NCBI GenBank assembly: GCA_965235115.1 | Contig: OZ249436.1 | Location: forward strand, 24,306,001 to 24,370,000 | DNA length: 64,000 bases | Source: Laetmonice hystrix | Taxonomy: Eukaryota | Direction: 5' to 3' | Part shown: positions 40,501 through 55,600 of the stretch, one piece after another | Position numbering within the stretch: position 1 is the stretch's first letter | Layout: each line of letters starts with the position of its first letter | Program-made: the position numbers and the translations under genes | Notes under the pieces: model-generated | What the model saw: only the letters and a program-made list of their open reading frames with translations | Told to the model about the DNA's origin: nothing | The model's database searches: none

Positions 40501-43500
40501 AGGCGTAAAAGCAAACGCACTGCCCCATATAATGCTTCCAGCCTAAAACGATGTTGCAATTAATTTAAAATTAACAAGATGCACTAGTAATCCGATCCAA
40601 GCCTAATTACGTCATTGCTAGTTTCATAACCAAATCTCACAGAAAATACCCCACCCGCGCACATAACCTGAAAATATTCAACTTTTATCTCCAATGTATC
40701 CCTGTGCACCTAGTAGCACCCAAGCGGGCCCAATTTTGACATTCCAACACAAATACCGCAAATACCCGCCTAATGGCACAAAAAACTTTCTACCCCGTTG
40801 CAAGTCACATTAGCTTGCTGCTTGTCGTAAAAAATGGTGCAGACCATTTCTAAAGTCACAGTACCCCACTCCCGGCCTAATATTACGTTTCAGTATCCAT
40901 ATACGCTGCAAGCGGCAGGAACTCGAATACAGGCCTAAAAGTAACCCCAGTCTAGCAATATCATACTCTCATGCCATATACGAGCTTGTAATTATCTTTA
41001 ATTAATGGGCTCCGCAGCACCAACCCACTGCATTAACATTTGTTTAACAGCTTAACGCACCTTGTAAAAAATTTTCAAGTGCGTAAAAATGCGTGTCCAC
41101 CTCCACATACTTTAAAAATCACTATACCCACCCAGCGACATTCACTCTAATACACGCCTAAGAGGAACTTCACTGTCCCATTTGATTCTCCAGCACGTAT
41201 AGGATGTTTCAAGTAACATTTATCCACGGTCTGGCCCAATAACGTGCAACAAGGCATAGTAAGTCAATGCGACCTCGCATGTCAAACCTAACCCGCCCCC
41301 CAGCACATGAGCTGGAGATATTCAAATAGCTTGAAAACTAGAATATAGCTTTGCTTAATACCATTATACCATCAACTCGCATTACAGGCCTAATGCGAAG
41401 CTCCCAGCCTAAAACGAGTTTCCAATTAATTTAAAGTTAACAAGATGCACTAATAATCGATTCCAAGCCTAATTAGGCCATTGCTAGTTGGATAACCAAA
41501 TCTCATACAAAATACACCCTCCCGGCAGATGACCTGAGAATATTCAACTCTTATGTCCGATATATCCCTGTCCGCTTAGTAGCACCCAGCCGGGCCCCCA
41601 TTTTGACATTGCAACACCAATACAGCAAGTGCCCAGCTAACAGCACAAATAACAGGATTCAGGGCTTCCTACCACGTTACAAGTCACAATAGATTGCTGC
41701 CTGTCGTAAAAATATACCAGACCATTTTAAAAAGTCACAGAACCCCAATCCGGCCCTAATATGTCACTCCCAGTACCAATAGACGCTGGAAGCACCATCA
41801 ACTGAAATTCAGGCCTAGAACCCACCTCTCTCTACCAATATCATGCACCTAGTCCGTATACGAGGTTGTAATTTACTTTAATCAACGGGCTGCGCCGCAG
41901 CAACCCACTCTGGTCTTTGCAATCTTTTTCAATATGCGTTAACATTTGTGACCAGCTCAACGCGCCTTGTAAAATTTTTCAAAGTGCGTAAAAGTGTGTG
42001 TCCACCCCGACACGCTTTCCAAACCACTATACCCACCGAGCGACATCCACTCAAATACAGGCTTCGACCGATCCTCACTGTGCCAATAATCCGCCACAAG
42101 GCAAATTCAGTCAATGCAAGCTGGAAAATCGAATGTCAAACCTAATGCTCCCCCCCCCAGCACGTTAACTGAAAATAATCAACTAGCTTGAAAACTAGAA
42201 TATAGCTTTGTTAAGCTAACAATCTACTCTCCCAGCGCCATCAACTCGCATACAGGCGTAAAAGCAAACGCACTGCCCCATATAATGCTCCCAGCCTAAA
42301 ACGATGTTGCAATTAATTTAAAATTAACAAGATGCACTAGTAATCCGATCCAAGCCTAATTACGTCATTGCTAGTTTCATAACCAAATCTCACAGAAAAT
42401 ACCCCACCCGCGCACATAACCTGAAAATATTCAACTTTTATCTCCAATGTATCCCTGTGCACCTAGTAGCACCCAAGCGGGCCCAATTTTGACATTCCAA
42501 CACAAATACCGCAAATACCCGCCTAATGGCACAAAAAACTTTCTACCCCGTTGCAAGTCACATTAGCTTGCTGCTTGTCGTAAAAAATGGTGCAGACCAT
42601 TTCTAAAGTCACAGTACCCCACTCCCGGCCTAATATTACGTTTCAGTATCCATATACGCTGCAAGCGGCAGGAACTCGAATACAGGCCTAAAAGTAACCC
42701 CAGTCTAGCAATATCATACTCTCATGCCATATACGAGCTTGTAATTATCTTTAATTAATGGGCTCCGCAGCACCAACCCACTGCATTAACATTTGTTTAA
42801 CAGCTTAACGCACCTTGTAAAAAATTTTCAAGTGCGTAAAAATGCGTGTCCACCTCCACATACTTTAAACATCACTATACCCACCCAGCGACATTCACTC
42901 TAATACACGCCTAAGAGGAACTTCACTGTCCCATTTGATTCTCCAGCACGTATAGGATGTTTCAAGTAACATTTATCCACGGTCTGGCCCAATAACGTGC
43001 AACAAGGCATAGTAAGTCAATGCGACCTCGCATGTCAAACCTAACCCGCCCCCCAGCACATGAGCTGGAGATATTCAAATAGCTTGAAAACTAGAATATA
43101 GCTTTGCTTAATACCATTATACCATCAACTCGCATTACAGGCCTAATGCGAAGCTCCCAGCCTAAAACGAGTTTCCAATTAATTTAAAGTTAACAAGATG
43201 CACTAATAATCGATTCCAAGCCTAATTAGGCCATTGCTAGTTGGATAACCAAATCTCATACAAAATACACCCTCCCGGCAGATGACCTGAGAATATTCAA
43301 CTCTTATGTCCGATATATCCCTGTCCGCTTAGTAGCACCCAGCCGGGCCCCCATTTTGACATTGCAACACCAATACAGCAAGTGCCCAGCTAACAGCACA
43401 AATAACAGGATTCAGGGCTTCCTACCACGTTACAAGTCACAATAGATTGCTGCCTGTCGTAAAAATATACCAGACCATTTTAAAAAGTCACAGAACCCCA

Positions 43501-45597
43501 ATCCGGCCCTAATATGTCACTCCCAGTACCAATAGACGCTGGAAGCACCATCAACTGAAATTCAGGCCTAGAACCCACCTCTCTCTACCAATATCATGCA
43601 CCTAGTCCGTATACGAGGTTGTAATTTACTTTAATCAACGGGCTGCGCCGCAGCAACCCACTCTGGTCTTTGCAATCTTTTTCAATATGCGTTAACATTT
43701 GTGACCAGCTCAACGCGCCTTGTAAAATTTTTCAAAGTGCGTAAAAGTGTGTGTCCACCCCGACACGCTTTCCAAACCACTATACCCACCGAGCGACATC
43801 CACTCAAATACAGGCTTCGACCGATCCTCACTGTGCCAATAATCCGCCACAAGGCAAATTCAGTCAATGCAAGCTGGAAAATCGAATGTCAAACCTAATG
43901 CTCCCCCCCCCCCAGCACGTTAACTGAAAATAATCAACTAGCTTGAAAACTAGAATATAGCTTTGTTAAGCTAACAATCTACTCTCCCAGCGCCATCAAC
44001 TCGCATACAGGCGTAAAAGCAAACGCACTGCCCCATATAATGCTCCCAGCCTAAAACGATGTTGCAATTAATTTAAAATTAACAAGATGCACTAGTAATC
44101 CGATCCAAGCCTAATTACGTCATTGCTAGTTTCATAACCAAATCTCACAGAAAATACCCCACCCGCGCACATAACCTGAAAATATTCAACTTTTATCTCC
44201 AATGTATCCCTGTGCACCTAGTAGCACCCAAGCGGGCCCAATTTTGACATTCCAACACAAATACCGCAAATACCCGCCTAATGGCACAAAAAACTTTCTA
44301 CCCCGTTGCAAGTCACATTAGCTTGCTGCTTGTCGTAAAAAATGGTGCAGACCATTTCTAAAGTCACAGTACCCCACTCCCGGCCTAATATTACGTTTCA
44401 GTATCCATATACGCTGCAAGCGGCAGGAACTCGAATACAGGCCTAAAAGTAACCCCAGTCTAGCAATATCATACTCTCATGCCATATACGAGCTTGTAAT
44501 TATCTTTAATTAATGGGCTCCGCAGCACCAACCCACTGCATTAACATTTGTTTAACAGCTTAACGCACCTTGTAAAAAATTTTCAAGTGCGTAAAAATGC
44601 GTGTCCACCTCCACATACTTTAAACATCACTATACCCACCCAGCGACATTCACTCTAATACACGCCTAAGAGGAACTTCACTGTCCCATTTGATTCTCCA
44701 GCACGTATAGGATGTTTCAAGTAACATTTATCCACGGTCTGGCCCAATAACGTGCAACAAGGCATAGTAAGTCAATGCGACCTCGCATGTCAAACCTAAC
44801 CCGCCCCCCAGCACATGAGCTGGAGATATTCAAATAGCTTGAAAACTAGAATATAGCTTTGCTTAATACCATTATACCATCAACTCGCATTACAGGCCTA
44901 ATGCGAAGCTCCCAGCCTAAAACGAGTTTCCAATTAATTTAAAGTTAACAAGATGCACTAATAATCGATTCCAAGCCTAATTAGGCCATTGCTAGTTGGA
45001 TAACCAAATCTCATACAAAATACACCCTCCCGGCAGATGACCTGAGAATATTCAACTCTTATGTCCGATATATCCCTGTCCGCTTAGTAGCACCCAGCCG
45101 GGCCCCCATTTTGACATTGCAACACCAATACAGCAAGTGCCCAGCTAACAGCACAAATAACAGGATTCAGGGCTTCCTACCACGTTACAAGTCACAATAG
45201 ATTGCTGCCTGTCGTAAAAATATACCAGACCATTTTAAAAAGTCACAGAACCCCAATCCGGCCCTAATATGTCACTCCCAGTACCAATAGACGCTGGAAG
45301 CACCATCAACTGAAATTCAGGCCTAGAACCCACCTCTCTCTACCAATATCATGCACCTAGTCCGTATACGAGGTTGTAATTTACTTTAATCAACGGGCTG
45401 CGCCGCAGCAACCCACTCTGGTCTTTGCAATCTTTTTCAATATGCGTTAACATTTGTGACCAGCTCAACGCGCCTTGTAAAATTTTTCAAAGTGCGTAAA
45501 AGTGTGTGTCCACCCCGACACGCTTTCCAAACCACTATACCCACCGAGCGACATCCACTCAAATACAGGCTTCGACCGATCCTCACTGTGCCAATAA

Positions 45598-48500
45598 TCC
45601 GCCACAAGGCAAATTCAGTCAATGCAAGCTGGAAAATCGAATGTCAAACCTAATGCTCCCCCCCCCAGCACGTTAACTGAAAAAAATCAACTAGCTTGAA
45701 AACTAGAATATAGCTTTGTTTAGCTAACAATCTACTCTCCCAGCGCCATCAACTCGCATACAGGCGTAAAAGCAAACGCACTGCCCCATATAATGCTCCC
45801 AGCCTAAGACGATGTTGCAATTAATTTAAGATTAACAAGATGCACTAGTAATCCGATCCAAGCCTAATTACGTCATTGCTAGTTTCATAACCAAATCTCA
45901 CAGAAAATACCCCACCCGCGCACATAACCTGAAAATATTCAACTTTTATCTCCAATGTATCCCTGTGCACCTAGTAGCACCCAAGCGGGCCCAATTTTGA
46001 CATTCCAACACAAATACCGCAAATACCCGCCTAATGGCACAAAAAAACTTTCTACCCCGTTGCAAGTCACATTAGCTTGCTGCTTGTCGTAAAAAATGGT
46101 GCAGACCATTTCTAAAGTCACAGTACCCCACTCCCGGCCTAATATTACGTTTCAGTATCCATATACGCTGCAAGCGGCAAGAACTCGAATACAGGCCTAA
46201 AAGTAACCCCAGTCTAGCAATATCATACTCTCATGCCATATACGAGCTTGTAATTATCTTTAATTAATGGGCTCCGCAGCACCAACCCACTGCATTAACA
46301 TTTGTTTAACAGCTTGACGCACCTTGTAAAAAATTTTCAAGTGCGTAAAAATGCGTGTCCACCTCCACATACTTTAAAAATCACTATACCCACCCAGCGA
46401 CATTCACTCTAATACACGCCTAAGAGGAACTTCACTGTCCCATTTGATTCTCCAGCACGTATAGGATGTTTCAAGTAACATTCATCCACGGTCTGGCCCA
46501 ATAACGTGCAACAAGGCATAGTAAGTCAATGCGAGCTCGCATGTCAAACCTAACCCGCCCCCCAGCACATGAGCTGAAAATATTCAAATAGCTTGAAAAC
46601 TAGAATATAGCTTTGCTTAATACCATTATACCATCAACTCGCATTACAGGCCTAATGCGAAGCTCCCAGCCTAAAACGAGTTTCCAATTAATTTAAAGTT
46701 AACAAGATGCACTAATAATCGATTCCAAGCCTAATTAGGCCATTGCTAGTTGGATAACCAAATCTCATACAAAATACACCCTCCCGGCAGATGACCTGAG
46801 AATATTCAACTCTTATGTCCGATATATCCCTGTCCGCTTTGTAGCACCCAGCCGGGCCCCCATTTTGACATTGCAACACCAATACAGCAAGTGCCCAGCT
46901 AACAGCACAAATAACAGGATTCAGGGCTTCCTACCACGTTACAAGTCACAATAGATTGCTGCCTGTCGTAAAAATATACCAGACCATTTTAAAAAGTCAC
47001 AGAACCCCAATCCGGCCCTAATATGTCACTCCCAGTACCAATACACTCTGGAAGCACCATCAACTGAAATTCAGGCCTAGAACCCACCTCTCTCTACCAA
47101 TATCATGCACCTAGTCCGTATACGAGGTTGTAATTTACTTTAATCAACGGGCTGCGCCGCAGCAACCCACTCTGGTCTTTGCAATCTTTTTCAATATGCG
47201 TTAACATTTGTAACCAGCTCAACGCGCCTTGTAAAATTTTTCAAAGTGCGTAAAAGTGTGTGTCCACCCCGACACGCTTTCCAAACCACTATACCCACCG
47301 AGCGACATCCACTCAAATACAGGCTTCGACCGATCCTCACTGTGCCAATAATCCGCCACAAGGCAAATTCAGTCAATGCAAGCTGGAAAATCGAATGTCA
47401 AACCTAATACTCCCCCCCCCCCCAGCACGTTAACTGAAAATAATCAACTAGCTTGAAAACTAGAATATAGCTTTGTTTAGCTAACAATCTACTCTCCCAG
47501 CGCCATCAACTCGCATACAGGCGTAAAAGCAAACGCACTGCCCCATATAATGCTCCCAGCCTAAAACGATGTTGCAATTAATTTAAAATTAACAAGATGC
47601 ACTAGTAATCCGATCCAAGCTTAATTACGTCATTGCTAGTTTCATAACCAAATCTCACAGAAAATACCCCACCCGCGCACATAACCTGAAAATATTCAAC
47701 TTTTATCTCCAATGTATCCCTGTGCACCTAGTAGCACCCAAGCGGGCCCAATTTTGACATCCCAACACAAATACCGCAAATACCCGCCTAATGGCACAAA
47801 AAACTTTCTACCCCGTTGCAAGTCACATTAGCGTGCTGCTTGTCGTAAAAAATGGTGCAGACCATTTCTAAAGTCACAGTACCCCACTCCCGGCCTAATA
47901 TTACGTTTCAGTATCCATATACGCTGCAAGCGGCAGGAACTCGAATACAGGCCTAAAAGTAACCTCAGTCTAGCAATATCATACTCCCATGCCATATACG
48001 AGCTTGTAATTATCTTTAATTAATGGGCTCCGCAGCACCAACCCACTGCATTAACATTTGTTTAACAGCTTAACACACCTTGTAAAATTTTTTCAAGTGC
48101 GTAAAAATGCGTGTCCACCTCCACATACTTTAAAAATCACTATACCCACCCAGCGACATCCACTCTAATACACGCCTAAAAGGAACTTCACTGTCCCATT
48201 TGATTCTCCAGCACGTATAGGATGTTTCAAGTAACATTCATCCACGGTCTGGCCCAATAACGTGCAACAAGGCATAGTAAGTCAATGCGAGCTCGCATGT
48301 CAAACCTAACCCGCCCCCAAGCACATGAGCTGAAAATATTCAAATAGCTTGAAAACTAGAATATAGCTTTGCTTAATACCATTATACCATCAACTCGCAT
48401 TACAGGCCTAATGCGAAGCTCCCAGCCTAAAACGAGTTTCCAATTAATTTAAAGTTAACAAGATGCACTAATAATCGATTCCAAGCCTAATTAGGCCATT

Positions 48501-51500
48501 GCTAGTTGGATAACCAAATCTCATACAAAATACACCCTCCCGGCAGATGACCTGAGAATATTCAACTCTTATGTCCGATATATCCCTGTCCGCTTAGTAG
48601 CACCCAGCCGGGCCCCCATTTTGACATTGCAACACCAATACAGCAAGTGCCCAGCTAACAGCACAAATAACAGGATTCAGGGCTTCCTACCACGTTACAA
48701 GTCACAATAGATTGCTGCCTGTCGTAAAAATATACCAGACCATTTTAAAAAGTCACAGAACCCCAATCCGGCCCTAATATGTCACTCCCAGTACCAATAG
48801 ACGCTGGAAGCACCATCAACTGAAATTCAGGCCTAGAACCCACCTCTCTCTACCAATATCATGCACCTAGTCCGTATACGAGGTTGTAATTTACTTTAAT
48901 CAACGGGCTGCGCCGCAGCAACCCACTCTGGTCTTTGCAATCTTTTTCAATATGCGTTAACATTTGTGACCAGCTCAACGCGCCTTGTAAAATTTTTCAA
49001 AGTGCGTAAAAGTGTGTGTCCACCCCGACACGCTTTCCAAACCACTATACCCACCGAGCGACATCCACTCAAATACAGGCTTCGACCGATCCTCACTGTG
49101 CCAATAATCCGCCACAAGGCAAATTCAGTCAATGCAAGCTGGAAAATCGAATGTCAAACCTAATGCTCCCCCCCCCAGCACGTTAACTGAAAAAAATCAA
49201 CTAGCTTGAAAACTAGAATATAGCTTTGTTTAGCTAACAATCTACTCTCCCAGCGCCATCAACTCGCATACAGGCGTAAAAGCAAACGCACTGCCCCATA
49301 TAATGCTCCCAGCATAAAACGATGTTGCAATTAATTTAAAATTAACAAGATGCACTAGTAATCCGATCCAAGCTTAATTACGTCATTGCTAGTTTCATAA
49401 CCAAATCTCACAGAAAATACCCCACCCGGGCACATAACCTGAAAATATTCAACTTTTATCTCCAATGTATCCCTGTGCACCTAGTAGCACCCAAGCGGGC
49501 CCAATTTTGACATTCCAACACAAATACCGCAAATACCCGCCTAATGGCACAAAAAACTTTCTACCCCGTTGCAAGTCACATTAGCTTGCTGCTTGTCGTA
49601 AAAAATGGTGCAGACCATTTCTAAAGTCACAGTACCCCACTCCCGGCCTAATATTACGTTTCAGTATCCATATACGCTGCAAGCGGCAGGAACTCGAATA
49701 CAGGCCTAAAAGTAACCCCAGTCTAGCAATATCATACTCTCATGCCATATACGAGCTTGTAATTATCTTTAATTAATGGGCTCCGCAGCACCAACCCACT
49801 GCATTAACATTTGTTTAACAGCTTAACGCACCTTGTAAAAAAATTTTCAAGTGCGTAAAAATGCGTGTCCACCTCCACATACTTTAAAAATCACTATACC
49901 CACCCAGCGACATTCACTCTAATACACGCCTAAGAGGAACTTCACTGTCCCATTTGATTCTCCAGCACGTATAGGATGTTTCAAGTAACATTTATCCACG
50001 GTCTGGCCCAATAACGTGCAACAAGGCATAGTAAGTCAATGCGAGCTCGCATGTCAAACCTAACCCGCCCCCCAGCACATGAGCTGAAAATATTCAAATA
50101 GCTTGAAAACTAGAATATAGCTTTGCTTAATACCATTATACCATCAACTCGCATTACAGGCCTAATGCGAAGCTCCCAGCCTAAAACGAGTTTCCAATTA
50201 ATTTAAAGTTAACAAGATGCACTAATAATCGATTCCAAGCCTAATTAGGCCATTGCTAGTTGGATAACCAAATCTCATACAAAATACACCCTCCCGGCAG
50301 ATGACCTGAGAATATTCAACTCTTATGTCCGATATATCCCTGTCCGCTTAGTAGCACCCAGCCGGGCCCCCATTTTGACATTGCAACACCAATACAGCAA
50401 GTGCCCAGCTAACAGCACAAATAACAGGATTCAGGGCTTCCTACCACGTTACAAGTCACAATAGATTGCTGCCTGTCGTAAAAATATACCAGACCATTTT
50501 AAAAAGTCACAGAACCCCAATCCGGCCCTAATATGTCACTCCCAGTACCAATACACGCTGGAAGCACCATCAACTGAAATTCAGGCCTAGAACCCACCTC
50601 TCTCTACCAATATCATGCACCTAGTCCGTATACGAGGTTGTAATTTACTTTAATCAACGGGCTGCGCCGCAGCAACCCACTCTGGTCTTTGCAATCTTTT
50701 CAATATGCGTTAACATTTGTAACCAGCTCAACGCGCCTTGTAAAATTTTTCAAAGTGCGTAAAAGTGTGTGTCCACCCCGACACGCTTTCCAAACCACTA
50801 TACCCACCGAGCGACATCCACTCAAATACAGGCTTCGACCGATCCTCACTGTGCCAATAATCCGCCACAAGGCAAATTCAGTCAATGCAAGCTGGAAAAT
50901 CGAATGTCAAACCTAATGCTCCCCCCCCCCAGCACGTTAACTGAAAATAATCAACTAGCTTGAAAACTAGAATATAGCTTTGTTAAGCTAACAATCTACT
51001 CTCCCAGCGCCATCAACTCGCATACAGGCGTAAAAGCAAACGCACTGCCCCATATAATGCTTCCAGCCTAAAACGATGTTGCAATTAATTTAAAATTAAC
51101 AAGATGCACTAGTAATCCGATCCAAGCCTAATTACGTCATTGCTAGTTTCATAACCAAATCTCACAGAAAATACCCCACCCGCGCACATAACCTGAAAAT
51201 ATTCAACTTTTATCTCCAATGTATCCCTGTGCACCTAGTAGCACCCAAGCGGGCCCAATTTTGACATTCCAACACAAATACCGCAAATACCCGCCTAATG
51301 GCACAAAAAACTTTCTACCCCGTTGCAAGTCACATTAGCTTGCTGCTTGTCGTAAAAAATGGTGCAGACCATTTCTAAAGTCACAGTACCCCACTCCCGG
51401 CCTAATATTACGTTTCAGTATCCATATACGCTGCAAGCGGCAGGAACTCGAATACAGGCCTAAAAGTAACCCCAGTCTAGCAATATCATACTCTCATGCC

Positions 51501-52614
51501 ATATACGAGCTTGTAATTATCTTTAATTAATGGGCTCCGCAGCACCAACCCACTGCATTAACATTTGTTTAACAGCTTAACGCACCTTGTAAAAAATTTT
51601 CAAGTGCGTAAAAATGCGTGTCCACCTCCACATACTTTAAAAATCACTATACCCACCCAGCGACATTCACTCTAATACACGCCTAAGAGGAACTTCACTG
51701 TCCCATTTGATTCTCCAGCACGTATAGGATGTTTCAAGTAACATTTATCCACGGTCTGGCCCAATAACGTGCAACAAGGCATAGTAAGTCAATGCGACCT
51801 CGCATGTCAAACCTAACCCGCCCCCCAGCACATGAGCTGGAGATATTCAAATAGCTTGAAAACTAGAATATAGCTTTGCTTAATACCATTATACCATCAA
51901 CTCGCATTACAGGCCTAATGCGAAGCTCCCAGCCTAAAACGAGTTTCCAATTAATTTAAAGTTAACAAGATGCACTAATAATCGATTCCAAGCCTAATTA
52001 GGCCATTGCTAGTTGGATAACCAAATCTCATACAAAATACACCCTCCCGGCAGATGACCTGAGAATATTCAACTCTTATGTCCGATATATCCCTGTCCGC
52101 TTAGTAGCACCCAGCCGGGCCCCCATTTTGACATTGCAACACCAATACAGCAAGTGCCCAGCTAACAGCACAAATAACAGGATTCAGGGCTTCCTACCAC
52201 GTTACAAGTCACAATAGATTGCTGCCTGTCGTAAAAATATACCAGACCATTTTAAAAAGTCACAGAACCCCAATCCGGCCCTAATATGTCACTCCCAGTA
52301 CCAATAGACGCTGGAAGCACCATCAACTGAAATTCAGGCCTAGAACCCACCTCTCTCTACCAATATCATGCACCTAGTCCGTATACGAGGTTGTAATTTA
52401 CTTTAATCAACGGGCTGCGCCGCAGCAACCCACTCTGGTCTTTGCAATCTTTTTCAATATGCGTTAACATTTGTGACCAGCTCAACGCGCCTTGTAAAAT
52501 TTTTCAAAGTGCGTAAAAGTGTGTGTCCACCCCGACACGCTTTCCAAACCACTATACCCACCGAGCGACATCCACTCAAATACAGGCTTCGACCGATCCT
52601 CACTGTGCCAATAA
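45598..52614. repeat. Four-monomer higher-order block D-E-F-G, copy 3 (units 27-30)
   Basis: Same ordered variants; marker ORFs at 45939 and 50689. Confidence 0.9.
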
Positions 52615-55600
52615 TCCGCCACAAGGCAAATTCAGTCAATGCAAGCTGGAAAATCGAATGTCAAACCTAATGCTCCCCCCCCCAGCACGTTAACTGAAAA
52701 TAATCAACTAGCTTGAAAACTAGAATATAGCTTTGTTAAGCTAACAATCTACTCTCCCAGCGCCATCAACTCGCATACAGGCGTAAAAGCAAACGCACTG
52801 CCCCATATAATGCTCCCAGCCTAAAACGATGTTGCAATTAATTTAAAATTAACAAGATGCACTAGTAATCCGATCCAAGCCTAATTACGTCATTGCTAGT
52901 TTCATAACCAAATCTCACAGAAAATACCCCACCCGCGCACATAACCTGAAAATATTCAACTTTTATCTCCAATGTATCCCTGTGCACCTAGTAGCACCCA
53001 AGCGGGCCCAATTTTGACATTCCAACACAAATACCGCAAATACCCGCCTAATGGCACAAAAAACTTTCTACCCCGTTGCAAGTCACATTAGCTTGCTGCT
53101 TGTCGTAAAAAATGGTGCAGACCATTTCTAAAGTCACAGTACCCCACTCCCGGCCTAATATTACGTTTCAGTATCCATATACGCTGCAAGCGGCAGGAAC
53201 TCGAATACAGGCCTAAAAGTAACCCCAGTCTAGCAATATCATACTCTCATGCCATATACAAGCTTGTAATTATCTTTAATTAATGGGCTCCGCAGCACCA
53301 ACCCACTGCATTAACATTTGTTTAACAGCTTAACGCACCTTGTAAAAAATTTTCAAGTGCGTAAAAATGCGTGTCCACCTCCACATACTTTAAACATCAC
53401 TATACCCACCCAGCGACATTCACTCTAATACACGCCTAAGAGGAACTTCACTGTCCCATTTGATTCTCCAGCACGTATAGGATGTTTCAAGTAACATTTA
53501 TCCACGGTCTGGCCCAATAACGTGCAACAAGGCATAGTAAGTCAATGCGACCTCGCATGTCAAACCTAACCCGCCCCCCAGCACATGAGCTGGAGATATT
53601 CAAATAGCTTGAAAACTAGAATATAGCTTTGCTTAATACCATTATACCATCAACTCGCATTACAGGCCTAATGCGAAGCTCCCAGCCTAAAACGAGTTTC
53701 CAATTAATTTAAAGTTAACAAGATGCACTAATAATCGATTCCAAGCCTAATTAGGCCATTGCTAGTTGGATAACCAAATCTCATACAAAATACACCCTCC
53801 CGGCAGATGACCTGAGAATATTCAACTCTTATGTCCGATATATCCCTGTCCGCTTAGTAGCACCCAGCCGGGCCCCCATTTTGACATTGCAACACCAATA
53901 CAGCAAGTGCCCAGCTAACAGCACAAATAACAGGATTCAGGGCTTCCTACCACGTTACAAGTCACAATAGATTGCTGCCTGTCGTAAAAATATACCAGAC
54001 CATTTTAAAAAGTCACAGAACCCCAATCCGGCCCTAATATGTCACTCCCAGTACCAATAGACGCTGGAAGCACCATCAACTGAAATTCAGGCCTAGAACC
54101 CACCTCTCTCTACCAATATCATGCACCTAGTCCGTATACGAGGTTGTAATTTACTTTAATCAACGGGCTGCGCCGCAGCAACCCACTCTGGTCTTTGCAA
54201 TCTTTTTCAATATGCGTTAACATTTGTGACCAGCTCAACGCGCCTTGTAAAATTTTTCAAAGTGCGTAAAAGTGTGTGTCCACCCCGACACGCTTTCCAA
54301 ACCACTATACCCACCGAGCGACATCCACTCAAATACAGGCTTCGACCGATCCTCACTGTGCCAATAATCCGCCACAAGGCAAATTCAGTCAATGCAAGCT
54401 GGAAAATCGAATGTCAAACCTAATGCTCCCCCCCCAGCACGTTAACTGAAAAAAATCAACTAGCTTGAAAACTAGAATATAGCTTTGTTTAGCTAACAAT
54501 CTACTCTCCCAGCGCCATCAACTCGCATACAGGCGTAAAAGCAAACGCACTGCCCCATATAATGCTCCCAGCCTAAGACGATGTTGCAATTAATTTAAGA
54601 TTAACAAGATGCACTAGTAATCCGATCCAAGCCTAATTACGTCATTGCTAGTTTCATAACCAAATCTCACAGAAAATACCCCACCCGCGCACATAACCTG
54701 AAAATATTTAACTTTTATCTCCAATGTATCCCTGTGCACCTAGTAGCACACAAGCGGGCCCAATTTTGACATCCCAACACAAATACCGCAAATACCCGCC
54801 TAATGGCACAAAAAACTTTCTACCCCGTTGCAAGTCACATTAGCGTGCTGCTTGTCGTAAAAAATGGTGCAGACCATTTCTAAAGTCACAGTACCCCACT
54901 CCCGGCCTAATATTACGTTTCAGTATCCATATACGCTGCAAGCGGCAGGAACTCGAATACAGGCCTAAAAGTAACCTCAGTCTAGCAATATCATACTCCC
55001 ATGCCATATACGAGCTTGTAATTATCTTTAATTAATGGGCTCCGCAGCACCAACCCACTGCATTAACATTTGTTTAACAGCTTAACGCACCTTGTAAAAT
55101 TTTTTCAAGTGCGTAAAAATGCGTGTCCACCTCCACATACTTTAAAAATCACTATACCCACCCAGCGACATCCACTCTAATACACGCCTAAAAGGAACTT
55201 CACTGTCCCATTTGATTCTCCAGCACGTATAGGATGTTTCAAGTAACATTCATCCACGGTCTGGCCCAATAACGTGCAGCAAGGCATAGTAAGTCAATGC
55301 GAGCTCGCATGTCAAACCTAACCCGCCCCCAAGCACATGAGCTGAAAATATTCAAATAGCTTGAAAACTAGAATATAGCTTTGCTTAATACCATTATACC
55401 ATCAACTCGCATTACAGGCCTAATGCGAAGCTCCCAGCCTAAAACGAGTTTCCAATTAATTTAAAGTTAACAAGATGCACTAATAATCGATTCCAAGCCT
55501 AATTAGGCCATTGCTAGTTGGATAACCAAATCTCATACAAAATACACCCTCCCGGCAGATGACCTGAGAATATTCAACTCTTATGTCCGATATATCCCTG

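Noticed and set aside
3509..45597. A true 12-monomer (21-kb) higher-order repeat
   Set aside because: Only units D-E-F-G recur in register; units 7-14 and 19-26 have different haplotype orders.
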